A model generated the notes under the pieces. The model did not search any database. It was not told where the DNA came from and worked only from the letters and a program-made list of their open reading frames with translations. Position numbers and translations under genes: made by a program. Below are positions 27,416 through 41,800 of a stretch of 64,000 nt of DNA, in pieces. Each line of letters begins with the position of its first letter. Positions within the stretch are counted from its first letter, which is position 1. Source of the DNA: Marinobacter sp. (GTDB taxonomy: Bacteria > Pseudomonadota > Gammaproteobacteria > Pseudomonadales > Oleiphilaceae); assembly GCA_030457765.1 (NCBI GenBank), contig JAKDUK010000005.1, positions 12,484 to 76,483 of the forward strand. The letters run 5' to 3'.

Positions 27416-28206
27416 TCGTGTACGGACACCGGGGCGCCAAAGGTGAAGCCCCTGAAAACACCCTGCCCGGATTCACACTTGCGTACAAGCAGGGTATTCG
27501 ACATTTTGAGCTGGACCTGGTGCTGTCGAAAGACGGTAAACTCGTTGTGGTGCACGACCTTACAATAGAGCGCACCACCGGCCAAAAGGGCGATGTAGGT
27601 CAGTACACTGCTGCCGAGCTCGCGCAAATGGACGCTCGCCGTAATACCAGCCCTTGGCCGAAAAAAACCGGCATCCCAGAGCTGGAAGATATATTGGACC
27701 GGTTTGGCGACGTTGAGCATTTTCAGCTTGAAGTAAAAAAGGACTCGCGCGCCCGGCTAAACATTCTCTGCAACCGGCTCACGGAAGTGATTCAGAGCAG
27801 AAATCTTTACCAAACGGCTGCAGTGACCTCATCTGACACGTGGTTTTTGAAAGAAATTCGTAGAAGAAACAAGCGTATTCGTACGGGGCTGGTATCAGAA
27901 AGACGTTTTCCGCGGCCCATTGGACTGACAGCGCGCCTGGGCTGTGAATATCTGTGTATCAATTGGAAGATGTGTTCTCAGGAGCTAGTGCAGACAGCCC
28001 ACCGAAAAGGTATGCATGTTTCCTGTTGGACCGTTAACAGCATTCAAGACATGCTTAGGCTGGAGGCCATGGGTGTAGACAGTATAATCACCGACTACCC
28101 CACAAGTACCCGGATGTTCTTTGACAACCGTGCACGCTCTGCGCCCTCACTACCTGATCGCCAGGACTGCATAGCGGCGGGCAATGAGGCACTGCCCGCC
28201 AACTAA
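27412..28206 (+). CDS. Glycerophosphodiester phosphodiesterase
   Basis: 'GHRGA..APENTL', 'ELDL..SKDG..VV.HD' and 'GVDSIITDYP'. Confidence 0.9.
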   Translation: MIVYGHRGAKGEAPENTLPGFTLAYKQGIRHFELDLVLSKDGKLVVVHDLTIERTTGQKGDVGQYTAAELAQMDARRNTSPWPKKTGIPELEDILDRFGDVEHFQLEVKKDSRARLNILCNRLTEVIQSRNLYQTAAVTSSDTWFLKEIRRRNKRIRTGLVSERRFPRPIGLTARLGCEYLCINWKMCSQELVQTAHRKGMHVSCWTVNSIQDMLRLEAMGVDSIITDYPTSTRMFFDNRARSAPSLPDRQDCIAAGNEALPAN

Positions 28207-28236
28207 CTCGTTAACCAATCGAAAAGCCTGAATCGG

Positions 28237-29628
28237 TCAGAAAATCCGGTTCAGGCCGTTCAATGCAGCTACCCGATAAGCTTCCGCCATAGTTGGGTAG
28301 TTAAAGGTTGTGTTAATGAAGTAATTGAGCGAGTTGGCCTCTCCCTCCTGGTTCATGATCGCTTGGCCGATGTGCACGATTTCTGCTGCCTGGTCTCCAA
28401 AGCAGTGGATGCCCAGAATCTGCCTGGTTTCACGATGGAACAGAATTTTCAGCATGCCTACTGGCTCGCCGGTAATTTGTGCTCGGGCCAGGTCCTTGAA
28501 AAACGCTTGGCCAATTTCATAAGGCACTTTAGCGGCGGTTAGCTCTCGCTCGGTTTTCCCGACGGAACTGATCTCCGGAATCGTATAAATACCGGTTGGG
28601 ACATCGGATACGAACCGGAAGTAATCATCGCTAACAATATCTGAAGACGCAGAACGCCCCTGATCATAAGCGGCGCTGGCCAAGCTTGGCCAGCCGATCA
28701 CATCACCGGCGGCGTATATGTTTTCTACCTCAGTGCGGTACTGCTCATCAATAGAAAGCTGGCCCCGACCATTTGGTGTCAGGCCAATGTTCTCAAGCCC
28801 CAAGCTGTCGGTGTTGCCGCTCCGGCCATTACACCAGAGAAACGCATCTGCGCGGATCTTTTTGCCTGACTGCAAAGAGAGAACAACACCATGGTCATCT
28901 CCATCCACAGATTCGTACTGCTCGTTGTGGCGCACCAAAACGCCGTTATTACGTAGGTGATAACTGAGCGCATCGGAGATTTCATCATCAAGGAATGAGA
29001 GCAAACGGCTGCCCGGGTTGATCAGATCAACCTTCACACCAAGACCCGCAAAGATAGAAGCATATTCCGAACCGATAACACCAGCACCATAAATAATAAG
29101 GGTGCGCGGTGTATGGGACAGATTGAGTATGGTATCTGAGTTGTAAACCCTGTGGTGACGAAAATCCACATCGGGTGGCAGATACGGGCGAGAACCTGTC
29201 GCAATGATCGCCTGCTTGAAATGCAATGTCTCGACGGACTTGTTGCCACGCACTTCGAGCCGGTTATTGTCGATGAACGACGCGCGTCCGTTAATCAGAT
29301 CTACACGGTTACGGGAGTAGAACTGGGTTCTTAATTTTACCTGTTTACCAATAACCTTCTGTGCGTTTTGCAGCACCCGGGGAAACGAAAACCAGCGGGG
29401 CTCGCCGATATCCCGGAACATTTGGTTGGTATTAAAGGTAATGATCTGTTTGACCGAATGGCGCAAAGCCTTGGAAGGAATCGTTCCCCAGTGAGTGCAG
29501 TTGCCTCCCACGGTTGGCTTGTCTTCAACGATCGCAACACGCCTGCCACTTTTCGTCGCATTCATTGCCGCACCTTCGCCTGAAGGTCCGGCACCGATAA
29601 CGACGACGTCGTAATGATGTTCTGCCAT
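28237..29628 (-). CDS. sthA: Soluble pyridine nucleotide transhydrogenase
   Basis: GAGPSG, '[10 protein letters not shown]' and '[20 protein letters not shown]'. Confidence 0.96.
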   Translation of the reverse strand: MAEHHYDVVVIGAGPSGEGAAMNATKSGRRVAIVEDKPTVGGNCTHWGTIPSKALRHSVKQIITFNTNQMFRDIGEPRWFSFPRVLQNAQKVIGKQVKLRTQFYSRNRVDLINGRASFIDNNRLEVRGNKSVETLHFKQAIIATGSRPYLPPDVDFRHHRVYNSDTILNLSHTPRTLIIYGAGVIGSEYASIFAGLGVKVDLINPGSRLLSFLDDEISDALSYHLRNNGVLVRHNEQYESVDGDDHGVVLSLQSGKKIRADAFLWCNGRSGNTDSLGLENIGLTPNGRGQLSIDEQYRTEVENIYAAGDVIGWPSLASAAYDQGRSASSDIVSDDYFRFVSDVPTGIYTIPEISSVGKTERELTAAKVPYEIGQAFFKDLARAQITGEPVGMLKILFHRETRQILGIHCFGDQAAEIVHIGQAIMNQEGEANSLNYFINTTFNYPTMAEAYRVAALNGLNRIF

Positions 29629-29692
29629 GCGCGCAGTGACTCCTTATCTACGTCGTGTATAAAACATTATGATTATTTGGTATTGCCAACGC

Positions 29693-29944
29693 TTACTGCT
29701 TGCGTCCAGCGGTGCTGGCATCATAAGCCAACTCTGCGGGCGCGACAGCCTCTGAGCCCGCGCGTTGATTTTCCTCTTCGCATTTTTGGGTGTTACCACC
29801 ACAAATATCACAGGACGAACTGATACCCAGCGCACCTATGCCACCGCAGGTGCCACTGATCGGTTTACCGCTGAAAATAACGCCAACGGACATGCCGGCT
29901 ACCAGCAAAACCACAATGGCAAAAACCAGAAGAAAAGTACCCAT
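29693..29944 (-). CDS. nqrM: Na+-NQR maturation factor
   Basis: One TM helix, 'ISGTCGG' and a Cys-rich tail; follows apbE. Confidence 0.85.
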   Translation of the reverse strand: MGTFLLVFAIVVLLVAGMSVGVIFSGKPISGTCGGIGALGISSSCDICGGNTQKCEEENQRAGSEAVAPAELAYDASTAGRKQ

Positions 29945-29956
29945 ATTGCCCTCCCC

Positions 29957-31009
29957 TTACTGCGTCACGTAGGACGAAAAAGCCGGTGTTTGATGAGATT
30001 CAAACCCGTTCTTCGTCCGGATAATAAAATAGGCCGGAATGTTCTCCCGCGTTGCCAGTGCACTGGCTCGCTCATAACCCATGGCTGTAAAACCGGTTGC
30101 CAGTGCGTCTGCACTCATACTGTCATCAGTAATAACGGTCACCGAAGCCAGGTTATGGGCAATCGGCTTTCCAGTCTCCGGGTCTATTGTATGCGAGAAG
30201 CGCTGGCCTTGTGATTCGTAATAGTTCCGATAGTCACCCGAGGTTGCCAGAGCCATGGAAGGCAGGGTAACGATGCGGTTGACCGTATGTTCTCCCCCCT
30301 CTGCCGGCTGCTCGATGGCGAGTTTCCACACACTGTCGTCTGGTTTCTTACCTTGGGTGCGCACTTCGCCTCCAATTTCTACAAGGTAAGCGTTAACGCC
30401 CTCACTATCGAGATACCGTGCCACCACGTCCACGCCATAGCCTTTGGCAATGGCCGAAAGATCAATATACTGGGGCTTTACGGCTTTTACCGCTGGCGGA
30501 TCAGCCTGTAGCCGCAGGTTTTCAAACCCTGTGGCAGCCAGAGCGTGAGAAAGAGCATCATCTGACGGAATATGTTCAGGCCGTGCATTTGGCCCAAAGC
30601 CCCAAAGATTAACCACTGGCCCGATGGTTATATCGAAGGCGCCGTTAGTAAGCCGTGAAATCTCATCTGATCGGGCAAGTACCTCAAAAAGTGGAGCCGA
30701 TACAGGAATCCAGTCAGACTGATCTTCAAGACGGTTCAGCTTTGACAGTTCAGAATCTTCTCTCCAGGTAGACATAGACGCATCAACGCCCTCTAAAGCC
30801 TTGTCGATGCCTTCTGCCAATACCTCAAGCCTTTCCCGGTCTTCTGGCAATACTACGCTGATGTGATAGCTGGTGCCGAATACTGCCCCTGAGATTTCCC
30901 AGATTTTTTCATCCGGCTGAAACGAGCAACCCGCCAGGGTCACCAATGCCAGCGTCAAAATAACGCTGGCAAAGGCCACCCGGGCGGGCTGTAAGATACA
31001 AGATGTCAT
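29957..31009 (-). CDS. apbE: FAD:protein FMN transferase
   Basis: Lipobox LAGC, 'DLSAIAKGY', 'ATSGDYRNY' and 'SHTIDP'. Confidence 0.95.
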   Translation of the reverse strand: MTSCILQPARVAFASVILTLALVTLAGCSFQPDEKIWEISGAVFGTSYHISVVLPEDRERLEVLAEGIDKALEGVDASMSTWREDSELSKLNRLEDQSDWIPVSAPLFEVLARSDEISRLTNGAFDITIGPVVNLWGFGPNARPEHIPSDDALSHALAATGFENLRLQADPPAVKAVKPQYIDLSAIAKGYGVDVVARYLDSEGVNAYLVEIGGEVRTQGKKPDDSVWKLAIEQPAEGGEHTVNRIVTLPSMALATSGDYRNYYESQGQRFSHTIDPETGKPIAHNLASVTVITDDSMSADALATGFTAMGYERASALATRENIPAYFIIRTKNGFESHQTPAFSSYVTQ

Positions 31010-31018
31010 CTAAGCGGC

Positions 31019-32245
31019 TTAGCCTCCGAAGTCATCCAGCATAATATTCTCGTCTTCAACACCCATATCTTTCAGCATCTTGATCACTGACGAGTTCATG
31101 ATAGGGGGGCCGCACATATAATACTCGCAGTCTTCCGGCGCAGGATGATCTTTCAAGTACTTATCGTACAGTACGTTATGGATGAAGCCCGTTGGGCCTT
31201 CCCAGTTGTCTTCAGGCTGTGCATCAGACAAGGCCACGTGCCATTCGAAGTTCTCGTTCTCTTCGGCAAGCATGTCGAAGTCTTCCACGTAGAACATCTC
31301 GCGAACACTTCGTGCGCCATACCAGAAGCTGATTTTACGTTTTGATTCCAACCGCTTGAGCTGATCAAAAATGTGTGAGCGCATGGGTGCCATGCCGGCA
31401 CCACCGCCAATGAACACCATTTCAGCTTCGGTTTTCTTGGCGAAGAATTCACCAAACGGCCCCATAACCGTAACCTTGTCACCCGGCTTCAGGCTGAACG
31501 TGTAGCTGGACATAATGCCCGGCATGTGATCAGTACCTGGAGGCGGCATAGCAATACGAATGTTGAACTTGAGAACACCCTTCTCTTCCGGATAGTTTGC
31601 CATGGAGTAGGCACGAATGGTCTCTTCTTTGTTGATCGCCTTAAAGCGCCAGAAATCGAGCTTGTCCCAGTCGCTATGGAACTCTTCTTCGATATCAAAA
31701 TCTTTAAAATCGATTTCGTAAGGATCACACTCAAGCTGCACATAACCACCCGCGCGGAAATCCACTTCCTCGCCTTCTGGCAGCTTCAGTACCAGCTCCT
31801 TGATAAAGGTGGCCACGTTATGGTTGGAAGCAACTTCGCATTCCCACTTCTTAACGCCAAAGAATTCTTCGGGCACCTCTATTTTCATGTCCTGCTTAAC
31901 CGGAACCTGGCACGACAAGCGCCAGCCTTCTTTCTCTTCCCGATTTGTGAAGTGCGTTTTTTCGGTGGCCAGCATGGCGCCGCCGCCGTCAAATACCTTA
32001 CATTTGCACTGGGCGCAGGTACCGCCGCCGCCACAAGCAGACGACAGGAAGATACCACTGCCTGCCAGAGTGCCAAGAAGTTTTCCGCCGGCCTCCGTTT
32101 TCACGGTATGTTCCGGGTCGTCATTGATTTCGATGGTCACGTCACCGGTGCTTACCAGTTTGGATCTCGCCGCGAGGATGATCGCTACAAGCGCCAGAAC
32201 GATAACGGTGAACATGACCACGCCAAGTGTTATTTCTATAAACAT
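31019..32245 (-). CDS. nqrF: Na+-NQR subunit F
   Basis: 2Fe-2S motif '[10 protein letters not shown]', 'RAYSMA' and C-terminal 'LDDFGG'. Confidence 0.97.
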   Translation of the reverse strand: MFIEITLGVVMFTVIVLALVAIILAARSKLVSTGDVTIEINDDPEHTVKTEAGGKLLGTLAGSGIFLSSACGGGGTCAQCKCKVFDGGGAMLATEKTHFTNREEKEGWRLSCQVPVKQDMKIEVPEEFFGVKKWECEVASNHNVATFIKELVLKLPEGEEVDFRAGGYVQLECDPYEIDFKDFDIEEEFHSDWDKLDFWRFKAINKEETIRAYSMANYPEEKGVLKFNIRIAMPPPGTDHMPGIMSSYTFSLKPGDKVTVMGPFGEFFAKKTEAEMVFIGGGAGMAPMRSHIFDQLKRLESKRKISFWYGARSVREMFYVEDFDMLAEENENFEWHVALSDAQPEDNWEGPTGFIHNVLYDKYLKDHPAPEDCEYYMCGPPIMNSSVIKMLKDMGVEDENIMLDDFGG

Positions 32246-32282
32246 GGTCTCGCCTTTTCGTTAAACCGAATCACCGGGTGAA

Positions 32283-32891
32283 TTACAGAGAAATCCCTGA
32301 GAACGACATAAAGCCAAGGGACATCAAGCCAACGGTAATGAAGGTGATACCCAGGCCACGCAGCCCTTCTGGAACATCGCTGTACTTCAGCTTTTCACGG
32401 ATACCGGCTAAAGCAATAATAGCCAGAGCCCAGCCCACACCAGCACCAAAGCCATACACCACACTTTCGCTGAAGGTGTAATCACGCTCCACCATAAACA
32501 GTGCAGCACCCATAATGGCGCAATTCACTGTGATCAGCGGCAGGAACACACCCAGTGCGGAGTAAAGCGCCGGAATATACTTGTCCAGAATCATTTCCAT
32601 AATCTGAACAATGGCCGCGATCACACCAATGTAGGTAATCAAACCAAGAAAACTCAGATCGACATCCGGCAAGCCGGCCCAGGCCAGCGCGCCATCACGA
32701 AGTATGTTGTTATAGATCAGATTGTTGACCGGCACGGTCAGCGTCAGAACCACAACAACGGCAATACCCAGACCAGTAGCCGCCTCTATTTTCTTGGAAA
32801 TAGCGAGGAACGTGCACATACCCAAGAAAAACGCGAGAGCCATGTTCTCAATGAAAATTGCTTTAAGAAGCAAACTGATATAATGCTCCAT
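32283..32891 (-). CDS. nqrE: Na+-NQR subunit E
   Basis: '[10 protein letters not shown]' and 'LPLITVNCA'. Confidence 0.97.
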   Translation of the reverse strand: MEHYISLLLKAIFIENMALAFFLGMCTFLAISKKIEAATGLGIAVVVVLTLTVPVNNLIYNNILRDGALAWAGLPDVDLSFLGLITYIGVIAAIVQIMEMILDKYIPALYSALGVFLPLITVNCAIMGAALFMVERDYTFSESVVYGFGAGVGWALAIIALAGIREKLKYSDVPEGLRGLGITFITVGLMSLGFMSFSGISL

Positions 32892-33556
32892 CAGAAGGCC
32901 TCCTTATGGGTATGGCGGGACATTTTGTAGTCCTCTTCTTCTACTTGCTCAGGCATCCAGGTACGCAGGCCCCAAATGGCCAGGCCAATAATGAAGAAAG
33001 CACTCGGCGGCAGCAGAAGCAGGCCGTTAGTGATGTACCAGCCACCTTCGTTAACCGGAGTCAGCAGGGTTACACCAAACAGTGAACCGGCACCCAGAAG
33101 CTCGCGGAAGAATGCCACAAACAGCAGCATAATCGAGTAGCCCATACCGTTACCGATGCCGTCCAGGAAACTCAGCCAAGGGCCGTTTTTCATAGCGAAG
33201 CCTTCGGCACGCCCCATAACAATGCAGTTGGTTATGATCAGACCTACGAACACCGACAGCTGCTTACTGATTTCATAGGCATAAGCCTTGAGGATCTGAT
33301 CCACCACGATAACCAGAGACGCAATAATGGTCATCTGCACGATGATTCGAATGCTGCCCGGTATTTGGGTGCGAACCAGGGATACAGCCAGGTTGGCAAA
33401 TGCGGTCACCGCAATAACCGACAAGCACATAACGATAGTCACGTTCATGCTGGTAGTTACGGCAAGCGCTGAACAGATACCAAGAATCTGCAGCCCGATC
33501 GGGTTGTTACTGAATATTGGTTCGAAAAGAACCTGCTTGGCAGTTACTTCGGCCAT
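32891..33556 (-). CDS. nqrD: Na+-NQR subunit D
   Basis: '[12 protein letters not shown]' and '[14 protein letters not shown]'. Confidence 0.97.
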   Translation of the reverse strand: MAEVTAKQVLFEPIFSNNPIGLQILGICSALAVTTSMNVTIVMCLSVIAVTAFANLAVSLVRTQIPGSIRIIVQMTIIASLVIVVDQILKAYAYEISKQLSVFVGLIITNCIVMGRAEGFAMKNGPWLSFLDGIGNGMGYSIMLLFVAFFRELLGAGSLFGVTLLTPVNEGGWYITNGLLLLPPSAFFIIGLAIWGLRTWMPEQVEEEDYKMSRHTHKEAF

Positions 33557-33558
33557 GA

Positions 33559-34362
33559 TCAGACCTCCCCTTCACGAAGTTTCTTGAGGAACGGCGCGTA
33601 ACCCCGGTCACCCATCCAGTAATTCACCAGGCTTTGAACGCCACGACTGGTCAGTGTCGCGCCGGAGAGCGCATCAACCTTGTGTTCTTTACCAGGAGCG
33701 TTAGAGCTAACCCCACCCTTAATCAAACGGATCTGCGGCTTGGTTTTATCTTCATCGTACAGCTCTTTACCAACCCACTGGGATTTCCAGCGCGGATTAT
33801 CCACTTCACCGCCAAGACCCGGCGTTTCAGCATGATCGTAAAAACCCAGACCTTCAATAGTGTTCAAGTCGCCTTCCAGTGACATGAATCCGTACAGGGT
33901 AGACCAGAGGCCATAACCATGAACAGGCAATACCACGCGCTTAATATTCCCGTTTTCGCTCAGAGTATAAACCTTGGAAATATTGGGACGACGCTTGATA
34001 CCCGCCTTGTCTGCTGAAGATAAAATATTGGTAGACATCTCGGGATCGGAGGTGGCTTTATACATATCGTACTTCATAGGGTCTTTTACACCCACAAAAG
34101 ACGGCTCCACATAGTCGCCAGTTTCAAGATCCACCAAGCGTACTTCAAATTGCGAGAATACTTTTTCAATCTCCTCGGCTCCTGCTCCCTCAGGCAACAT
34201 GCCAGATGCGGCCAGAATATTGGTTTTGATGTCCAGATTCTGGTTTTTGATCTGAGCCGGGCGAAGTACAACCGCGGCGGTTGATACCACCACGGAGAAA
34301 ACGATACTCAGCACAAGCGCTACAAGCAGCGTTCTTGGGACAGTTTCTTTACCCTTAGCCAC
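33559..34362 (-). CDS. nqrC: Na+-NQR subunit C
   Basis: 'GLWSTLYG', 'ETPGLG' and FMN site 'SGATLT'. Confidence 0.97.
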   Translation of the reverse strand: MAKGKETVPRTLLVALVLSIVFSVVVSTAAVVLRPAQIKNQNLDIKTNILAASGMLPEGAGAEEIEKVFSQFEVRLVDLETGDYVEPSFVGVKDPMKYDMYKATSDPEMSTNILSSADKAGIKRRPNISKVYTLSENGNIKRVVLPVHGYGLWSTLYGFMSLEGDLNTIEGLGFYDHAETPGLGGEVDNPRWKSQWVGKELYDEDKTKPQIRLIKGGVSSNAPGKEHKVDALSGATLTSRGVQSLVNYWMGDRGYAPFLKKLREGEV

Positions 34363-35563
34363 GAGCGAGCCTCCGTTTAACGTTTGCCTGAACCACGTAA
34401 TGGTCCATTAGCGGAGCAAAAAGGTTAGCGAACAGGATCGCCAGCATGATGCCTTCCGGGAACGCGGGGTTAACAACCCGGATCAGGATAGTCATCACAC
34501 CCACCAGAATACCGAAGCACCAGCGGCCTGTATTGGTCATTGAAGCTGAAACCGGATCCGTTGCCATGAACATCATACCGAAAGCAAAGCCGCCCATAAC
34601 CAGGTGCCAATGAGCCGGAACGGAGAACATCGGGTTGGTGTCAGAGCCTACAACGTTCATTAGCACTGCTGTAGCAATCATGCCAATCAACACGCCACCC
34701 ACAATCCTGTAACTGGCAATTCGCATCACAATCAGAGCCAAGCCACCAATCATTACCGCCAGCGTGGAGGTTTCGCCCATAGAGCCCTGAACAGAACCCA
34801 TGAATGCGTTCATCCAGCCAATGCCCTCATTCAGGGCGTCAAGACCACCATTTGCAGCCAGGCTGAGTGCGGTTGCACCACTGAAACCGTCAACCGCTGT
34901 CCAAACAGCATCGCCGGAAATCTGTGCCGGGTACGCAAAGTACAGGAATGCACGGCCAGTCAGTGCCGGGTTCAGGAAGTTTTTGCCGGTACCGCCAAAA
35001 ACTTCTTTACCGATCACGACACCGAAGGTGATGCCCAGCGCCACCTGCCAAAGAGGAATGGTTGGCGGGCAAATCAGTGCGAACAGGATAGAGGTAACAA
35101 AGAACCCCTCGTTTACTTCGTGACGACGCACGGTTGCAAACATAACTTCCCAGAAACCGCCGACTACGAAGGTAACAAAATATACGGGCACAAAGTACGC
35201 CATTCCGTATACAAAGTTATCCCAGATACCGGCTCCGGCCCCGGTCACAGCAAGCGCTTGAATAAAGGCTGTACGTAACCCGCCGTCTGCAATCAATGCA
35301 TCCGGATTGGTCGCCAGAAAGCTGTTGGCTTGAAAGCCAATGTTCCACATACCGAAGAACATGGCTGGAAATGCACACAACCACACCGAGATCATGATGC
35401 GCTTGAGATCAATGCCATCACGCACATGCGAGGTTGTAGAGGTTACCGAGCTTGGTGTGTAAAACATGGTGTCGGCAGCTTCGTAAAGCGCATACCAGCG
35501 CTCGTACTTGCCACCTTTTTCAAAGTGATGCTCGATTCCATCGAGAAACTGTCTGATAGCCAT
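34355..35563 (-). CDS. nqrB: Na+-NQR subunit B
   Basis: '[13 protein letters not shown]', FMN site 'SGAT' and 'MATDPVS'. Confidence 0.97.
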   Translation of the reverse strand: MAIRQFLDGIEHHFEKGGKYERWYALYEAADTMFYTPSSVTSTTSHVRDGIDLKRIMISVWLCAFPAMFFGMWNIGFQANSFLATNPDALIADGGLRTAFIQALAVTGAGAGIWDNFVYGMAYFVPVYFVTFVVGGFWEVMFATVRRHEVNEGFFVTSILFALICPPTIPLWQVALGITFGVVIGKEVFGGTGKNFLNPALTGRAFLYFAYPAQISGDAVWTAVDGFSGATALSLAANGGLDALNEGIGWMNAFMGSVQGSMGETSTLAVMIGGLALIVMRIASYRIVGGVLIGMIATAVLMNVVGSDTNPMFSVPAHWHLVMGGFAFGMMFMATDPVSASMTNTGRWCFGILVGVMTILIRVVNPAFPEGIMLAILFANLFAPLMDHYVVQANVKRRLARG

Positions 35564-35567
35564 CGTA

Positions 35568-37106
<1,539 letters not shown>

Positions 37107-37110
37107 CTAA

Positions 37111-37145
37111 CAAAAAACCCGGCGACTTTCATCGCCGGGTTTTTG
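37111..37145. terminator. Rho-independent terminator after gap (bidirectional type)
   Basis: CAAAAAACCCGGCGA-CTTTCA-TCGCCGGGTTTTTG. Confidence 0.9.
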
Positions 37146-37177
37146 GAGCTACTAACACTTGCTCAAGCGCACTCTAT

Positions 37178-38647
37178 TCAGTCGCGCGTGCGCTTCGGGA
37201 AGATGGGGTAATTAACACCCGCCATCTGACTTACAACACGGACCACCTGAGCACTGTAGCCAAACTCGTTATCGTACCAAACGTACAAAATCAACCGCTT
37301 ACCGTCGGCAATCGTGGCTTGAGCATCCACAATACCGGCATGGCGAGAGCCTACAAAGTCTGAAGACACTACCTCTGGAGACCTCACAAAATCGATCTGT
37401 TTTTGCAACTCAGAGTGCAAGGCCATCTCACGCAAATAGTTATTTACACCTTCAACATCCACATTTTTCTTCAAGTTGAGGTTCAAAATAGCCATGGAAA
37501 CGTTCGGGGTTGGCACCCGAATAGCGTTGCCAGTCAGCTTGCCAGTCAGCTCTGGCAGGGCCTTAGAGACAGCTTTTGCCGCGCCTGTCTCGGTAATTAC
37601 CATGTTTAACGGTGCGCTACGGCCACGACGACTACCTTTGTGGTAGTTGTCGATCAGATTTTGGTCGTTGGTGTAGGAGTGAACGGTTTCAACGTGGCCA
37701 TCTTCAATGCCATATTCGTCGTAAATCGCTTTAAGTACCGGCGTGATGGCGTTGGTGGTGCAAGAGGCCGCTGACAGGATTTTGTCTTCTTCGGTAATCC
37801 AGTCGTTATTAATGCCATAAACGATATTTTTGATCTCACCCTTGCCAGGCGCAGTCAGCATAACCCGGCTAACACCTTTGGACTTCAGGTGCAGGCCCAG
37901 ACCTTCTTCATCGCGCCACTTACCTGTGTTATCAATAACAATTGCATTATCAATGCCGTACTGGGTGTAATCTACTTTGTCCGGGCCATCTGAATAGATA
38001 ACTTTAATAAAGTTGCCGTTGGCAATCAGCGCCGACTCTTTCTTGTCTACACGAATGGTGCCGTTAAAAGGTCCGTGTACCGAGTCACGGCGAAGCAGGC
38101 TGGCGCGCTTTTGCAGATCGTCATCTGCGCCGCCCTGACGCACCACAATTGCCCGAAGGCGAAGGTTGTTACCACCCCCAGCTTTTTCAATCAGAATGCG
38201 GGCGAGCAAGCGGCCGATACGACCGAAGCCATAAAGCACAACATCTTTGGTGCCATTGCTAGCGTCTTCTTCCGACTGCGAATGGTACTGACCAACCACC
38301 GAACCAATTTCTTTGTTAAGAAACTCAGACAGGTCGCCGCCCTGCTCCTTGAACTTTACCGCCAGCTTGCCAATATCTACGTGCGCGCGCCCAAGCTCCA
38401 TAGTGTCCATAGCCTGGAGGATTGGCAGGGTGTCGTGCACCGAAAGCTCGCTGTCCTCTACCTGGCGCACAAACCTGTGGGCACGGATAATATCAATAAC
38501 CGACTGATTAATTATGGAGCGGCCGTATACGGAAGTAACAATGTTGTTCTTCCGGTATAGACGGCCAATCAACGGAATCATTGCCTCCGCTGTGGATTCT
38601 CTATCCATCCAGTTGGACAAGCACTGGTTCATCTGTTCGTGGCTCAC
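37178..38647 (-). CDS. gap: Glyceraldehyde-3-phosphate dehydrogenase, long (~490 aa) form
   Basis: GFGRIGR, 'SAASCTTN' and 'WYDNEFGY', with a ~130-aa N-terminal extension. Confidence 0.95.
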   Translation of the reverse strand: MSHEQMNQCLSNWMDRESTAEAMIPLIGRLYRKNNIVTSVYGRSIINQSVIDIIRAHRFVRQVEDSELSVHDTLPILQAMDTMELGRAHVDIGKLAVKFKEQGGDLSEFLNKEIGSVVGQYHSQSEEDASNGTKDVVLYGFGRIGRLLARILIEKAGGGNNLRLRAIVVRQGGADDDLQKRASLLRRDSVHGPFNGTIRVDKKESALIANGNFIKVIYSDGPDKVDYTQYGIDNAIVIDNTGKWRDEEGLGLHLKSKGVSRVMLTAPGKGEIKNIVYGINNDWITEEDKILSAASCTTNAITPVLKAIYDEYGIEDGHVETVHSYTNDQNLIDNYHKGSRRGRSAPLNMVITETGAAKAVSKALPELTGKLTGNAIRVPTPNVSMAILNLNLKKNVDVEGVNNYLREMALHSELQKQIDFVRSPEVVSSDFVGSRHAGIVDAQATIADGKRLILYVWYDNEFGYSAQVVRVVSQMAGVNYPIFPKRTRD

Positions 38648-38834
38648 GGTAGGGACCCCTGTTTTCGCACGTGGAATAATTTAGGTGAGGCATTATCCAA
38701 CTTAAACCTGCCAACGGCAAATACGAACTGGCACGCATGTCGTAGATTTGCTGCCATGACAGCGCCAACTGCGGGCGTTAGAATAGCCGCCTTATTGGCT
38801 CCCCCATACCCAAAGCAGGAGAATACGACTGCCC

Positions 38835-41800
38835 ATGAATCAAGGTGCCCCTACTTCCGCTCCACTGCAAACACTGGTCGCGCCGGCATTTCCTGCGAAA
38901 TCGGCCGATCATCGCACTTGGGGGCAGTTACATGGTAGCAGTAACGCCCTGGCCATTTGCGAGAGCGCCCGAGCACACAAAGGGTTAACCCTGGTGATAA
39001 CCCGCAGCACGGCCGAAGCAATCCGCCTGGAACAATCCATGCGGTTCTTTCTGGGGCTGCCTGCGGAGGAAGACGGCGCCACCATGACAGACGACGGCCT
39101 GGAGCTATTGTCGCTGCCAGACTGGGAAACCCTGCCGTATGATCTGTTTTCCCCGCATCAAGATATTACGTCGCGGCGCATTCGCACCTTGCATCGCCTG
39201 CCGAGCATAGAACGTGGCGTTATTGTCGTGCCGGCCCGCACTCTGATGCACCGACTGCCTCCGGTTAATTACCTTCAGGGCAACACCCTGCTACTGGAAA
39301 CCGGCCAATCTTTAGATATGGATAACTGGCGCCTGCAGCTTACAACCGCTGGCTACAGGCACGCCGAGAACGTGTACGAGCACGGTGAGTACGCCGTTCG
39401 TGGCTCCATACTCGACATATTCCCAATGGGTTCAAATCTGCCCTATCGAATTGATTTATTTGACAATGAAGTAGAAACTCTCCGCACGTTCGATCCGGAA
39501 ACCCAACGCTCCATCGATCGGATTGAGCGCATCGAGCTTCTCCCTGCCTACGAATTCCCGTGGTACAAAGAAGCCCGCTCCGGTTTCCGTAACCGCTGGT
39601 TTGAGCAGTTTCCAAACGCGAACAAAGACGCGCCTATCTACCAGGACGTTAGCCACGGCATTACACCACCGGGTATCGAATATTACTTGCCGATGTTTTT
39701 TGAAGAAACAGCAACTCTATTCGACTACCTGCCCGGTACGACCCACGTTTTTACAGCCGAAGGTTTGAACGAAGCGATAAGCCACTTCGATGCAGACACC
39801 CGGAACCGCTACGAAGACCGGCGCCACGACCTGCATCGGCCCATTCTTCCGCCCGCCAGTCTGTTTTTGCAGCAGGACGAGCTGTTCGGCCACTTGAAAA
39901 CCTTCCCCCGGGTGACCACTTCCGCCGAGCCTGCAGAAGGTGCTGGAGCCATTAACTGCAACAGCGCGCCACTGCCCGACATTGCCATGAACGCACGGGC
40001 AGCCGATCCTGCGGGACGTTTCAAGGGCTTCCTTGAAAATTTTGCCGGTAGAGTGCTGATTTGCGCCGAGTCATCCGGTCGCCGAGAGGCGCTGATTGAA
40101 CATCTGGGTGAACACCAGCTTCGATTGCAGGGTGTCGCCAACTGGCAAGAATTCCTGGCGGATGAGAATTGCACCCTGGGCATTACCATCGCACCCATGG
40201 AACAAGGATTGGTGCTACCTGATTACCATGTTGCCCTGGTCACCGAGACCGCTCTGTTCGGCGAGCGTGTACTACAGCGCCGCAGGCGCGAGAAGCCTAC
40301 CGAAACAAACGATGACGGCTATCGTGATCTGTCTGAACTGCGCACTGGCTCCCCTGTTGTACACATAGACCACGGTGTTGGCCGATATTTGGGGCTGGAA
40401 ACTATTACCGTGGGAGGCGACGCCAGTGAGTTTCTGATGCTTGAATACGCCGGTGGCTCAAAACTGTACGTACCGGTATCCAGCCTGCACCTGATTTCCC
40501 GTTACGCCGGCGCTGATACCGAGCATGCTCCGCTTCACAAGCTTGGCACTGAACGCTGGAGTACTGCCAAGCAAAAAGCTTTAGAGAAGATCCGCGACAC
40601 TGCCGCAGAGCTCCTGGATGTATACGCCCGCCGAGAAGCCCGTAAAGGTTTTGCATTTGAAGACCCGAAAGAGGCTTACCGGGCCTTTGCAGCTAGTTTC
40701 CCGTTCGAGGAAACTCCTGATCAGCAAGTTGCAATCGAAGCGGTTTTTGAGGATATGACTAACGAAAAACCCATGGACAGACTGGTGTGCGGCGATGTCG
40801 GTTTTGGCAAAACCGAAGTAGCCATGCGCGCGGCATTCCTGGCCACCTGGTCTGGCAAGCAGGTAGCAGTACTGGTGCCTACAACCTTGCTGGCTCAACA
40901 ACATTACGACTCCTTTCGGGATCGCTTCTCGGATACTCCGGTGAACGTCGAACTGCTGAGCCGTTTTCGCAGTACGAGCCAGACCAACAAAGCTATGGAA
41001 GCCATTGAAAACGGCAAGGCTGATATTGTTATCGGCACCCACAAGCTTCTGCAAGGCGACATCAAGTTCAAAAACCTGGGGCTGGTCATTATCGATGAAG
41101 AGCATCGATTTGGCGTGGGGCAGAAGGAAAAGTTAAAAGCTCTGCGCGCCGAAGTAGATATGCTAAACCTCACAGCAACGCCCATACCCAGAACCCTTAA
41201 CATGGCGATGGGCCACCTGAGGGATTTGTCCATCATAGCCACCCCACCGGCGCGACGACTCTCGGTGAAAACCTTTGTGCGCCAGCGGGACAACCCCATG
41301 GTAAAAGAAGCGATCCTGCGTGAGGTTTTGCGGGGCGGGCAGGTGTACGTACTGCACAACGATGTGGCGAGCATTGAAAAAACCGCCAAGGACTTGCGTG
41401 AGCTTGTGCCGGAAGCACGAGTGGGCGTAGCCCATGGCCAAATGCGAGAGCGGCAGCTTGAGCAAATTATGTCGGACTTCTACCACAAGCGCTTCAACGT
41501 GCTGGTGTGTACCACCATTATTGAAACCGGTATCGACATTCCAAGCGCCAACACCATTATTATCGAGCGGGCGGATAAGTTCGGCCTGGCCCAGCTGCAC
41601 CAGCTTCGCGGCCGCGTTGGTCGCTCACACCACCAGGCTTACGCTTACCTGCTCACGCCGCCACCCAAGGCTATCTCGTCGGATGCCAAAAAGCGGCTGG
41701 ACGCCATTGCCGAGGCGCAGGACCTGGGTGCTGGCTTTATGCTTGCCACCCACGACCTGGAAATTCGCGGCGCAGGTGAACTGCTGGGCGACGAACAAAG

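Noticed and set aside
31526-32281. 251-aa ORF antisense to nqrF, and similar ORFs at 44511-45134 and 53142-53819
   Set aside because: Antisense shadows of conserved, codon-biased genes.
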